This document shows, one piece after another, positions 1 to 12,764 of a stretch of DNA of 64,000 nucleotides (positions within the stretch are counted from its first letter, which is position 1; every line of letters starts with the position of its first letter). Origin of the DNA: Balanoglossus misakiensis. Taxonomy: Eukaryota; Animalia; Hemichordata. Location: NCBI GenBank assembly GCA_040954595.2, contig CM082592.2, positions 3,178,735-3,242,734 on the forward strand, read 5' to 3'. The notes under the pieces were generated by a model. It was not told the origin of the DNA, searched no databases, and saw only the letters and a program-made list of their open reading frames with translations. Both the position numbers and the translations under genes were made by a program.

Positions 1-3000
1 GTACAAGAGAAGTTCATAATAAATTAGAAAAAAACAGGTAGGTTTATCTACATACTATATACCATGTTTATTAAATCTATTAGCAACTGTAATGGTGTTA
101 TAAATGTAAAATATCAACATGTTATTGTTGATGTCTTCATCAGAGTGCTGAATACTTTGAAGGTATACGGTCACCCCTAATTTACATACGCCCATATATG
201 GCTGAAATTATCATATTTGGGTGTTCTAAAGAATATTTGGCACTCTTTTTTTCCGCGTGTGCCACCCACTGAAAATCTGTGATTGGCTAGATCTCAATTT
301 GCCATGGTAACTGTAGCTATATTTGCATATGTGACCGTATACCTTTAAATTAAAGCCTCAGTAATCCTCACTCTGTTTGTAACTACTGTAAAACATGTTA
401 TTTTCGCGAGGAATAAATTTTTGCCAAATACGCGAGAACCAAAATAACGTGGAAATAAAAGTTGCGTAATTTTTTTGTATCCACAGTTAACGATGCAGTA
501 AATGAAATAAGAGAACGCGAAAAGTAATACTCGCGAAACAGTTGCCTCTTTTGATATCGCAAAAATTTCTTGTCGCGAAAATAACATGTTTTAAGGTATC
601 AAATGTGTCCTAGAGGGTGTGATTCCCATGACAACTGGCAGGAACTGTGGTTGTTGTTGAATTCATGGACGGAACACATTATTTGTGGTCGTTATTGCTC
701 GTTATCTATTTGTAGATTGTTGTTTGTCATGACTGCAAGTGTTTTTCTTGCTGCTGTTCATTACTGCTTGTTACTAGTTTACAAACACCCTGTATAATAT
801 AGGAACCCTGGAAATATGATTCTGGCCCTACCCAAAGCTCAGAAATTTACAGACCACTTGGCAGGATGGCATCAGCAGGGGGAATATGTCCCCCTTTTAT
901 TACTGAAGCTTCCATTTCAAACAAAAATATGTAGACTTAGCGAGCATTTTCTTTCCGTTTTAATTTCTTGATATATAAAGGTCATATTTGTAGCTCGTTA
1001 TCCTTTGTCCTTCTTGCTCGTTATTGCTCATGGCTGTTCGTTTTTGCTAATTACTTTGGTAACTATCAAACGTGTTGTAGAGGGCGTGATTCCTGTGATT
1101 GGCAGGAACTGTGTGGTTTCCGTTTAAATTATGGATGGATCACTGTTTATTTCAAGATCATTATTGGACATTACTACTCTACCAATTGTTGCTAGTTTTA
1201 CATTCACCCAAAATGTACATCCCCGCAGTTCCTTGCCAGGCTTCCTGCTATAAAATGATTTGATCTGGTGTATCTATGTGTCAGTTTTTGCCAACATGCA
1301 TCCGGTCCCATACAGTAGAACGTCGATTATCCGAACAGCTAGGGGGACAGGCTTTTGGTTCGGTTATGCGATCGGTTCGGATACGCAAACTTAGGGGGGC
1401 GGGGTCATATCTGACATATAACACGCATACATAAACCCGTCCATAGTAGACAAGACACATCGTTTTCCATTCTATTTTTATTTCTAAGTAAATTTGGATG
1501 TTTTCAAATACTGCACAAAGTAAAATTATGAGAAAGTAAAAAATAAATAAAAGAATGACGACGTGAGGTCGAGCATGTGACGCTCGCTTCATGACATAGC
1601 CATGATGGCATGGACAGTAATGGCGGAAGCAATGCGATGTCGGTCGGTTCGATGTTTCTCGGCAGATCACTACTGGAATTACAAATGGTGAAATTTCCCA
1701 AAACCCAAGGGTTTTTAAACACTTCTACCGAACCAGTTAACACTTTCAAGTTTTGACAAAATGCCGCGAACGTTTAATGAAGAAGCCGACCATCGGTCGC
1801 AACCTTTTAGCAAGGCTGGCAAAGCTTTGCGGCTGACGAACCGTGCCATTGTCGAGCTGTTTATTTTCACACCTCTTGCGATTGCATCCAAATGATTCAT
1901 ACCCGGGGATACAAAACATTAACACTTTAATTAAAACAAAAGGCTAATGGGCGGTAAGGTTGTTTAAAGAAATAACTTTTTTAAAAGAGGAAAGTGCTGT
2001 ATGATGCCTTCCTTTGTCGGACAGCGAGGGCCGTGAATATCAAACAATGATTAAGCAAGGTATACGCCTAGTACAGGTAGACTTTTCGGGGGACACAGAG
2101 TGAGTTCGGATGACCGAACAATGCGGATAATCGACGTGCGGATAATCGACGTTCTACTGTACTTGAAATTACACGTCGATAAAAGAAGTTTCATTCAGCA
2201 GAATGTCTGGGCATATAATTTACAATATTCTTGAGCAAATAAAGGGTGTGTTGACTGCAGTTTTTGCTGGAACATTGGCCATGTTGTGTTTTCCTGCATA
2301 GTTTTACACTGGTACCGGTATTTTACTCAACCAACCAACCAACCCCATACATTGACCAAGCCCAACATTTCTTTGTGTGCTGGCGTCTCTTTGCTGGTAG
2401 TAGACTTCTCCCGTGCATGCATTGCCAAAAAATTGGATCTATCTACCATAATTTGTGTAGGTCATTGAGTTGGGGGTTAGACGTGTTCTTTTACACTTTT
2501 ATTGAACGATTTCATTCCTCATGTAGGGGATCTTTACAAACCAATGTTGTTACTGGGTGATGATGAAGAAAAGTTTTTAGGCAATCACAGAAACGTGTGC
2601 AGTCACAAAACATATCAAGTCTTGTGAGGAAACCATCTTCAGAAGTTCAGTGGCTTGAAGTTAGGTGGTTTTGGTGTCTGGGAGCCGTGTTAATCTGATA
2701 ATCCCCAAACAAATCATTCTAGTAAACCCATCACTATTCAAGTTTTGTGTCCTTCTTGTAAAAACACACACAGTTCTAGTGCTATCTTTTATAATATTTA
2801 CTAGTAAAATTTATTTTTTATTTCATATCAGGCGAGCTCATTTGAAGGAATGTTTTGATGTACTTAAAAAACACATACCTAATATGGAAGACAAGAAAAC
2901 CTCAAACCTGTGTATTCTGAGAAGTGCTCTACGCTATATTCAGGTTAGTATAACATTTGCCATCTTTTAATTATCTTGTAAGGGAATTGTTTTATAACTG

Positions 3001-5977
3001 ATTTTAGGCAAAGTGAACTAGTAGAAATGAAGTCTTATAGAGTGTTTGTTCTACCAGTACCTCGTATAGTGATGATATGTAAAACGTTCAGGAGCCTGGA
3101 ACTTGGTGACTGCTAGTAAATGTTGCATATTCATAGGGAATTTATCAATAGGTAGTTAGCTGAGACCAAGTCATATTTGATTGCCCTTGTATACGTATAT
3201 CTTTGTTTTCCATCTATATAATACATGGTGTTCTTGTTTATATGGCAATTACTCATCTATTTGTCAACTGTCCAAACGAAACCCTACAAGTGCCAAACGT
3301 ATTTGGCATTGCCTACTGAACTGTGGACATCGGAGACACTGGAAATCATTTGTGTAGCGACTAAATTTTGATTTGAAGGCACCTGTATATTGTTATCTAC
3401 CAATATCATTGTCATCTTCCAAAATCGACTCCAATCAGAATGGAAGGAAATTGTCCCCAAATTTTTTGTAATTCATGCTTCTGAGACACACACATGAACA
3501 CTTGAAAACACAAAAATCATAAACTTTGGCAGAATGCGCTGATATGGGAACATAGAGCCTTCTGAGGAACAACTGGAATTATGTATGCTAATTTTATGCG
3601 ATGTTGACTCTATAACAAAAGACCTAACTCTGAGACTGTTTGCGGAGTGACTATGCGGATATACAGAGAAATAAGTGAAAATAATTATCAAAAGACACAT
3701 TTACTGTCTCTGTAATGTTTCTTTTCTTGTTATTACATGTAATATCACACAAGTATGCGTAATTTCTATTCAGGTGTTGAAAAGGAAAGAAAAGGAATAT
3801 GAACATGAAATGGAACGTCTTGCCAGGGAAAAAATATCGTATCAACAGAAGCTGGCCCGCTTAAAAATTGAATTTAGTGATCATTTCGAAAGGAGAGTTG
3901 CAATGCCATGGACTGTGAGAAGTACAGATTTAGAAATTGATGAAGATCAAGTTTCTACTTCAACTGCATCAGGTTAGTCAATTTGCCTTGACTCAGTTAA
4001 AGATACACAGTCATCTCCAACTTACATATGTCCACATGGTGTATGTGAGTGTCTATAAGAAAGTATGATGGCGCTCTATTTTTTAACGTGTGCCACCCAT
4101 TGAAAATCTGTGATTGGCCAGATTTCAGATCAATTTACCATGGTAACTGTAGCTAAATTTAAGCGCAACCGAATGGAAAAATGCATGTGTAAATTCAGAA
4201 AGAGTGACCAAAGCTACTTCATGCCTACACTACATTTATTGATACACAGACCGTTTGATGCTGTGTAGAGAGTGAGATATGCTGGTTTTTCAACCAATTT
4301 TATTCCATTTTTGTGTTAGTACAGTCAACTATGACATGCATGGCACATCATACAGGTTAATACTTCGTTAGAAACATTGTCATATTTGCAGACCTGAATG
4401 AATTCATTCCACCATGATTTCCATCTCTGTTTTCTTAAAGGGACAAAGTCTATCTCTCGCTGCCCTTTTTCCATTAACCCTTATGCTACTGGGTGTCATA
4501 TCTGTTTAGAGTCTCAAGTCCCTTAAAATACGTATTTGCCACTTTTTCTTCTAAAACGTATTTTGACTGTCTTGACATGGCTCTCATACGTACTTAGACA
4601 CACTTGGCAGTCTGAGCCCCCCGAAAAATGTACCAAATCGTACTGGTTTGTACTGATTTGGTTTGAGGGTCTTGTATAGGCCCTACTGATTAACACACAC
4701 TTGGCAGTCTAACAGGCTTGGGAGCCAGGTTTCTAGGCACCCTGGAAATCAAACCAGTTCATACTGACTTGGCAGCGTTAGGGTTAATTATGTTTGATAC
4801 AAGACACCCTCTATGTTATTCTACATGTGGATATATAATAGTGAATCAATGTTCGACCACACACAACTTCTATCCCGTTTTTAGACACGAGAGTGAAAAA
4901 CTCGCAAAAATGAATAATCAGTGTTTACCGTTTACTCATTTTGGGCGAATTTTTACTCTCTCATATCCTACAAACGGAATGGAAGTTTGGTGTGGTCCAA
5001 CAGTAATTCACTATATATCCACATGTAGAATAATATGAACAGTGTCTTGTATCAAACATAATTAAAGCAAAAAGGGCAGCGAGAGAGAGACTTTGTCCCT
5101 TTAATCTTTTCCTCCAATGGGGACTACATATTTGTCATCGACAATGACGTGTCTGTCATATTTTCTCATTTCAGAGGGAGAAGATGAGGAAGAACACAAT
5201 GTCACAGTATTACCTCCACCTTTAAACATTTCTTCAAATTTTCCTACAATACGTAGAGGTGTTCCTGATACAAACACAGGAAACGAACCAGCAACGTCAA
5301 GACCCGTCATTATTTCAAGTTCAAGTACTTTGCCTGTGGTGCCAAAAACCAACAGAACGTCGCACGTAGCTCCAGGTCATCAGTCGAATTTGTCGCCACG
5401 TAAAATAATGAACACTTCCGGTCCGCTCAGCGCGCAGATCAAATCTCCCCATATCAACCAGTCGGTGGGCATGGTTACAAGTGCTAATAGTCATAGTACT
5501 CTAAGTCAATCAATACCTAAACCTGCCACTGGTTTAGCTCAGCACCATATTATGAACTCGGGGACACCGCAGTCTTTTCAGCAGTTGTTATCTGCCCAGT
5601 CAGTGGCTAATCACACCGCTGTTACTTTAGCCCATTTGAGTGTTCCGTCGAGTATTATTCCGCCGAGATCCAATCTCGGGCAAACAGTCATACACAATCC
5701 ACTTTTACCACACCCTTCTATTTTGCCAATGGTGACCACAGCGGCGGTCACACATTCACTCCAGCATCCCATGTACGGTTCACCCGTGGCTTCAGTCGTA
5801 CCGAGACCGTTGATGGCAGCCGCCGTTATGAAGCCTCCCGTCTCCAGGCCAACGTCTACGCACGGTGTTAGTCAGGCCTCCGTGAGTCAAGCATCTGTAG
5901 ATCACACCAGTTCTGTGCAAGCAGTTCCCGTGACGATATCAAGTGATTCCTTAAAATCTATCACTGTCAATCATTGA
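1..5977 (+). CDS. MNT: Max-binding protein MNT (bHLH-ZIP repressor), 5'-truncated by window edge; exons <1-37, 2832-2943, 3774-3972, 5175-5977
   Basis: Spliced translation TREVHNKLEKNR|RAHLKECFDVLKKHIPNMEDKKTSNLCILRSALRYIQ|VLKRKEKEYEHEMERLAREKI is the MNT basic-HLH-zipper. It is followed by DQVSTSTAS|EGEDE and a Pro/His/Ser-rich tail. All introns are GT-AG with consistent phases; TGA at 5975-5977. Confidence 0.93.
161..344. mobile_element. TTAA-flanked MITE (AGGTATACGGTCAC termini; Kolobok/piggyBac-like), copy 1
   Basis: 14-bp terminal inverted repeat (161-174 / 331-344), flanks TTGA/TTAA. A near-identical copy lies at 22163-22347 and a partial one at ~3997-4160. Confidence 0.75.
384..598. 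mobile_element. MITE with TACTGTAAAAC...GTTTTA(C/A)(A/G)GTA termini, copy 1
   Basis: TIR TAAAACATGTTATTTTCGCGA / TCGCGAAAATAACATGTTTTA. Related copies at 18241-18428, 25144-25351, 34380-34558 and partially at ~55325-55380. Confidence 0.75.
1313..2159. mobile_element. Non-autonomous Tc1/mariner (pogo/Tigger-like) element in MNT intron
   Basis: Perfect 21-bp TIR CAGTAGAACGTCGATTATCCG / CGGATAATCGACGTTCTACTG, TA target duplication at 1311-1312 and 2160-2161, no transposase ORF. Confidence 0.85.
4439..5100. mobile_element. Foldback MITE with TTAA target duplication (AGGGACAAAGTC termini)
   Basis: TTAA at 4435-4438 and 5101-5104, long imperfect inverted arms (...TATGTTTGATACAAGACAC / GTGTCTTGTATCAAACATA...). 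A half copy lies at 46849-47047. Confidence 0.8.
4478..4783. mobile_element. piggyBac-like MITE nested in the foldback element
   Basis: TTAA|CCCT...AGGG|TTAA termini (TTAA at 4474-4477 and 4784-4787); interrupts the left arm of the 4439-5100 element. Confidence 0.75.
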
Positions 5978-8900
5978 TGTTTGCTCAGGTATTGTGAATA
6001 GATAAAAAATTATTGTGATGTTTCTAAAATGCGCAACTATCAACTACATTGATTTGATGAAATAGACATTTTCTTCATTTACATTTTGGAGATAGAATAA
6101 GTCGTACATAATTATTGCAATTTCTGATATGGAAGAGATCTCTGTATATTATGATGTCACACTTTTGGCATGTATCTTGATGTATGAAATAATTTTACAA
6201 ATTGGATGTAGATATTTCTCTAATGGCATATTTTAAGAGCTTTAAAGGGGAAATAGCTTTAACTTTGATTTTGTTGAACTTTGCTACCAAAATTCTGTCA
6301 CCCAAAACCTATTTTGTCACTGATAATTTCAATTGTTTTATGCAGGGCATGTAGCCCTGTTTTGATGAAAAATCTTACATTGTTAAATGAAATATTGAAA
6401 ACCTATCCAATAACTGTCTGTGGTGTTGTAACTTACCCACAAAATCAAGCAATTATGTAAAAATACTAGAGTTGATTTGATGAGAGTTGTCGATCTAAAG
6501 TTGTCCTTTAAAAACAGAGATGCAATATATAAGAAGTATGGGAAGTAAATTTTATTAACCTTGGCTGTATGTGGTGATGTAGATATAGGCTATACCAGGT
6601 TAAAATCCCTGGCTTAACTCGATAATCAGCATGTGACCAGCTATAAGTTTGTAAGTGCCATAGAAATACTTGCAAATACTAAGAGCTGTGCTTGACAATA
6701 TTCTTGTATCACTCGGCTTCCTGTTACAAAGCATATATCTACATCATTGCGTATCCACCTACATCATTGTGTACAGTACATTTCTTTGCTGCTTGTGTTA
6801 TTGCAGTGTTGATTTGTGGTCCCGGCAAACAAGCTGGACTGAGAAGTTGAGTAAGCAACATATTCTTCTGTAACGGTTCATATGTACATCATGTATTGTC
6901 CCCCATGTCATAGTCAAGTGCAAATTCTTATGTCACTTGCATCGCATTTTAAACCTTTTTGGTTAAAACTAGTTTGATTTACACTTGCAGGGGGTGTAAA
7001 TATCTAGCACCCAGTCCCATTAAGGTAGTGGTCTTCTCAAAATTTAGAATATTGTCATGTTCGTGATTTTTATACATATTGTATATTGAAATTAATGAAT
7101 TTTGAATACAAAAATTGACAGAAAACTGGATGTTTCCATCCTACTTTTTCAGTTAGGGGGGTCTAAAATATTGTGATAACCATTCACTGTGTCTGGATAG
7201 TCAACTACGTTAACCTGTCAAGTGTGTGTGACCCAGTTGGGCCAAACCAGTGAGTTTTATTGCTGTGCCCAAGTATGTTAAAATCTACATATATGATCAT
7301 GTATGTACATATATGTAACGACAATCAGAATAAGTTCACATAGAGAAAAGTTCAATACTGCATTTCAACTACTTTGCAGGGTGGTGCATGCCACCCCTGG
7401 TAGGAAAAGAGTTATAATTATAGTGTTGAATATGAAGGCAAAGTATCGAGAATTTACAAAGTTACAGCTATTGACCCTTTGAGTGCTCCTTGTTTGAGAC
7501 GTTTTATGTAACATATGTATGTATGTAAGCAAAATCATTGTTTTGCATCAGAGTCAGATAATTTTTCAGCTATGATTGTACAACTTGTATTGATTTCAAT
7601 GCATCACAAAAAACTAAGACAATGTTCAGTGGATACTTTATGTAGTATGCGTGTAATTCTTCTAATATCATTTACTCGGTGCTTTGCTCACTCCTATTGC
7701 TATGAATACAAGCATTTTATGTAGGAAATATTTATTGCAAATAAATTTAGATGTCTCTGTAGATGTAAAATTTGAAGACAGGTTATAAATAATGGCAGTG
7801 TAAGATAGTCATTCTTTCCAAGGAAAAACAACTAATGAAATTAAAAGAGATTTTACTGGCAAGAGGATAAAGAAAATGTCTTTATGTTTACTTTACTGGT
7901 TTTACACACTACAAACAATCTGTGTGGAGGGAACATCACACACTGCAGAGAATGTGTGGGGGTGGGGAATTTCACACATTTATACAACAGCTTTGAACAT
8001 ATTCTGATGTTGTGGGCATAAACCAAGATGGCTGTCAGGAAGTGTTTTACCTGTTTTCTCAAACAAAATCGCCAAATTGTGTTGTTTAATATGCCACAAT
8101 TAGAGAGGTTCAGGTTCAGTTTCATTTCTGCCCCGTTATGCAAAAACTTGCAGAGGAATCTCTGTTCCTGTTTTCGTTGTCAAAGCTGTCATTTTCATTC
8201 AAAGGCTACAATTTCTCAAAAGGTACCCCTGTGATTGTGTTATTGATCGGTGTACCTGACTGTCAGTGTTGCAAACTGGAAATAAGAAATCACTTTTCAG
8301 TTTCCTTTTATCCTACAAGGTTTGTATGTTTCTCCTTTGAGGGGAGGACTGTTTTAGGTTCTTACTTGTAATCTCATTATTGTTTCAACTTTCCTGTCAT
8401 GGTATACAATGTATTGTCTTCTGTGCAGACATGGGAGATATTGATTTGTATGTGTGGCTGCCTAAATGTGTGTGTGTTTGTCAGTGGCTGATAATTCATC
8501 AATATCTCAAAAATGGCAAATTTAGAATTGGTGGACAGATAAATTTGAGATGGTAAGGACTGATCTGACTTTGGGTTGGGCCGTAGAACATAGAAATTAC
8601 TGTCCACATATCATCAGATCACCAAAAGTGAAGAAAATTGTATTTTAGTTCTTTTCTAAAATATAACTCTTTGGGGCAAAAGTGACCAACAAGGCAATTT
8701 CATCTTGGGTGCAATGACATCAATCAGACTGCTTTTTCTGAAATCAGCACCAATTTTTACATGTAATTGACTTTTAATACATTATCAGATCTCTAGATAT
8801 GAATTTTTTTTTAATCATTAAAAAAAAAATATCCCCCCCCCTGACAATTTTTCATCTGGAATGACCAAAAGGGCAATTTTGCCTTGAATCAGTAAGGCTG

Positions 8901-9298
8901 TTTTTGTTTGTTTGTTTGTTTGTTTGTTTGGAATCAGCACCATATTTTACATACAATGGACTTCTCAAACCACTGGAGTAGAATGGGCGCCCTCTAGGCT
9001 AACCGGCGCGGTACGCACATGTGTAGCACTCCATGTGTAGTAGTTATCAAATTCGCCATAAAAAAATATTGTATTAAATGCCCATATTTTGACAATATTT
9101 ACGTTGCAAAATAAATTTTGGATTTAGATTTAATTTCGTGGTTCATGTAGATATTTTTCGTGTCACAAAAGCATTCTTAGACTGTAGTGTAGTACACGAA
9201 AAACTACGAAAGCAGCTGTTAATACGTAATTACTTTCAGTCTCTCGAATCCGAATCCGAAGCGGAAACGATTCTGAGGCTCTCTTCAACATCGTCAAA

Positions 9299-12200
9299 AT
9301 GGCCACGTACACAGCTTGTCTGCAGTTTGTCTTGCTCTTCCTCCCACTTCTCGTTGCAGGTGAGTTGTACAGCGCTTATTTTTGGTGGGTTGTAATAATA
9401 TGTATCACGGGTAATAACCAATGGGTCGGTGTTAAAATCATCATGTTAGTTACGTCTTACTTCTGCTGCCGATGTCGGCCGTATGGATAAGAACAATGCA
9501 TGGAGCTGGAGACTACACACTGTAACACGGGTACACTGTAGCTGCAATGATTGTAGCGAGTGCTGCTAGGTTGACGATTTTTGTTCAGAAATCGTCAACA
9601 CAGCAGCACCCGCTACAATCATTGCAGCTAGGTACACTGCACTGTTAGCCCTGTGTATAGATCTGTGTGTTCCCGGCGTTACACGGCCTCCACCACGAAC
9701 ATTTCCACTGCACTAACAGGTTGTAATTTTTTTAAATGCACACACAGGACTTGAACACTTCCCTACGGTTTCGCGAGAGATGTGTGTTTGTGGGTAGCTA
9801 TGATCATTGATTCACACTATCAGCTCAACACGTAACTACAGCTACCCAAAATGGACAGACAGAGCAAAGATGGTTGCCACTGATTCAGTGATTGTGTTAA
9901 TTGCCAACAGACCAGCTGTTTCTTTTTAAAAACAATAAATGAGCGTATTTAATCATAGACCATCGTGAAACAGTTTCAGGTCACTTTGACCCCTTAATAC
10001 AATAATATCTTGCTTAATTCCTTGCTTTGGATTCCACTTCCAGTCCCTAGGCTCCTGCGGTTTGATAGAGCCATGCACGCAGCTGTTGTAGCCTTTGACC
10101 GCCCCTCGCCCTTGCCTTGCTGTATGTGTTAAAATACAATGTACAACTGTGGAGGTTGAAACCTGCTAAATTTGTAGATTTCCCTAGTAGAATATTGAAT
10201 AATTTATTAATTATTCAGTGTTCTCCCCACAGAAATTAAGCCATGGTGGCCACCACTCTTTAATTTTGAGAAGACAATAGAACTCAATTAACATAACAAT
10301 TGATTATTGTATTATGCAAATTAGCCACCATGCTTTCCCACAATCCTGGGGAGAACACTTATTGTTATGTACCCTGTAAATTTCTCCATAAAAAATGCAT
10401 ATTTTCTCCCAAAGAAGAACAAGCGAGCCTTCTCAGTAAAAGAAAAGTATAAAGGGGTCAAAGTACATGTACATGCACGGTCACTCAACCGTGGTACATG
10501 TAATTAAAGTATCGGGAGTTGAAATGGTCGGGGTCAAAGTGGGAAGGGGTTAAAGCAACTTCATTCATCATGTTCATGGAGCTAGAAGGGAAAGGAGGCA
10601 CAACGTAAACTTACCCCGTTTATGCTTCCAGACGCCGGATGTTACCAGGGCTCTGTTGAACACTGCCAAGCTTAGGTTTATGTATGCTTAAGCGGATTAT
10701 ACTAATCCGATAAGTGATCTGTTACGCAAACAGCAGTTACAGTTATAGTACGGAGCCTTCCCCTGGATGTGAAACAAGGGTGCATGGTTTGACTACCTCA
10801 CAAGTACAATGTACATGTGGGTATGACATTGATGCCAGCTTGACTTGGCTGAACTTGGTCTAAGATTCCAATTTCTTTTGAACATTCGACATTTTTACAC
10901 GTTTTTCTTGTAGAGGGCAAAAACAGTCTTAGTCAGATTACAAACAAACAAACAATATAACAATAAAATGTTGTTTGTTTTATCTAGGTGAAACATGCAC
11001 ATCACCTCAAGTGGTAGATAGCAAAGTCTATACTACAGAAGATGCTTTTACTGCAACAGAAACTGCATTTATTGTGGAATTCACATTGAGTTGTAAAAAT
11101 GGGGCGAAGGTAGGTTAAAACCAAGACTTGCTCCAAGTCTATGGGCTTCATTATTTCATAATAAATGCATTTTAGAAAATTTTGTTCCAAGTCTCTCTAT
11201 GTAGTGGGTGCATTTAAAAAAAATATCTTCCCAGATACTGCTGTTCAGATTGTTTTGAAATGATTTCACTTAAATATATCTATGCGGTTCTTTGACAAGA
11301 AACTTGGAAGTGAAAATAGTGTCAGTAAATGTAACATGCATCACCACTTTAGTTAACGAGTACATGTATTTTCTCACTTTGCAGAATATGTTCTTACATG
11401 CTGATATACCAGGAAAGCAATTACCAGTTTCTCGAGCTGTCGATGGGACAAATGAATACCAGGTATGAGTGCAGCTTTCTTTTGCTTAGTAAGCACATGT
11501 ACTGGTACGTAAGTTACGTACCAGTACATGTACACTCTCAGATAGCAAATAATGTGCACAACATCTCATGGTTGGACCGACGACTATATTACTATTAGCT
11601 CATGTCATCCACCGGTTGCCGCAGAAATGGTAAATCACTGGTTAAACTCATAACCTGTACAATGATATGGCAATAAATACAACTGGTACTACATTGCAGG
11701 CTTTGTTACTAACTAGCATGAAAACTGTTCATTAAACACATTTCAATGAGGAATACACAACATACATGTAAACAATCTACAGAGAGTAATCAAAATAATC
11801 AAAAACCATGTGAAAAAGAAGCAATTTTGTCTCTTTTTTTAAACATGTCTTTTCAAGATACTTTGTCTTTTCGAGGTAATTGTTTGTAAAAAGTCAATCT
11901 CTGGGTTATTCGTTTTCAGGTAAGCTGGACAGAAGAACGCCATGCGTCAGCCGGTACATATGTTATCAATTTTTATGATGAAGATGGATTCAGTGCCTTG
12001 AGAAAGGTAATTAAGGATCATATTGATATTAGTGTTGTTCAAAGGTTTTCAGCTGCCCTCTTAATACAGAACAGTCCTGTAACAGAAAAGAATGAGGTAC
12101 ATGTACTACTTCAACACGAGATTGACTGGCATTTGATTTTGTGGTACCATACAAATGCAAACTTGATGTCTGCCCTATTTTCATGTGTGAGCAAAAGCTG

Positions 12201-12764
12201 AATACCTATTGTAAGACAGCCTATGGCTCCATCATACCTAGGGTCACCCAGTCCCTCCATCATGTCAAGATTCCATATATATGTAATTGTATGTGTGGAT
12301 GCAAACGGACAATTACAATTATTTCTCTTCTTATTCCCCAGGCACAGAGAAGTGGAGACGACTCAAGCACTGTAAAACCTCTCTTTGAAATCACATTTAA
12401 CCACAGAGTAAGCAATTTCTTATTTGATCATCTGAATTAGAGACTGGTTTTTGCTGCAAATTTATCAACATGAGCTGCAGTAATAATTGTTACTATGTTA
12501 CAAAAAGTAATCTAAGGTCATTCTGTGGTAATAAAAACCTAGCTATATTAAATCATGTTTTTTTGACTGATTATGTGCAGAACAGAAAGCAGAAAAGAGA
12601 ATCCAATTGTACATACAAATTACATGTAATGCTAACAAATATGACATTGTCTGTTACAGGGCGTATCGTCTGGTCCGTTTGTATCAACAGAAGTAGTGGC
12701 AACTTTGTCAGGATTTCTGGTCTGGTACCTTGCGTACAATGCCAAGAGCAAGATCCAAGCGTGA
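9299..12764 (+). CDS. SSR4: Translocon-associated protein subunit delta (TRAP-delta); exons 9299-9359, 10988-11109, 11385-11462, 11920-12006, 12342-12407, 12660-12764 (172 aa)
   Basis: Signal peptide MATYTACLQFVLLFLPLLVA, then ETCTSPQV..YTTEDAFTATETAFIVEFTLSCKNG, YQVSW, FYDEDGFSALRKAQRSGDD..VKPLF..NHRG, GPFVSTE, C-terminal TM helix and YLAYNAKSKIQA*. The 519 nt are in frame; AATAAA at 12815-12820. Confidence 0.95.
9539..9630. mobile_element. 92-bp foldback (hairpin) element with 9-bp target duplication (Mutator-like MITE)
   Basis: 42-bp near-perfect inverted arms (9539-9580 / 9589-9630) flanked by direct repeat GGTACACTG (9530-9538, 9631-9639). Confidence 0.8.
10216..10359. mobile_element. 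Short MITE with CAGTGTTCTCCCCA termini (hAT-like)
   Basis: Inverted termini AGTGTTCTCCCCA / TGGGGAGAACACT; target duplication not clear. Confidence 0.55.
11495..11531. repeat. Perfect 37-bp palindrome in SSR4 intron 3
   Basis: ACATGTACTGGTACGTAA-G-TTACGTACCAGTACATGT (18-bp arms, 1-nt spacer). Confidence 0.9.
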
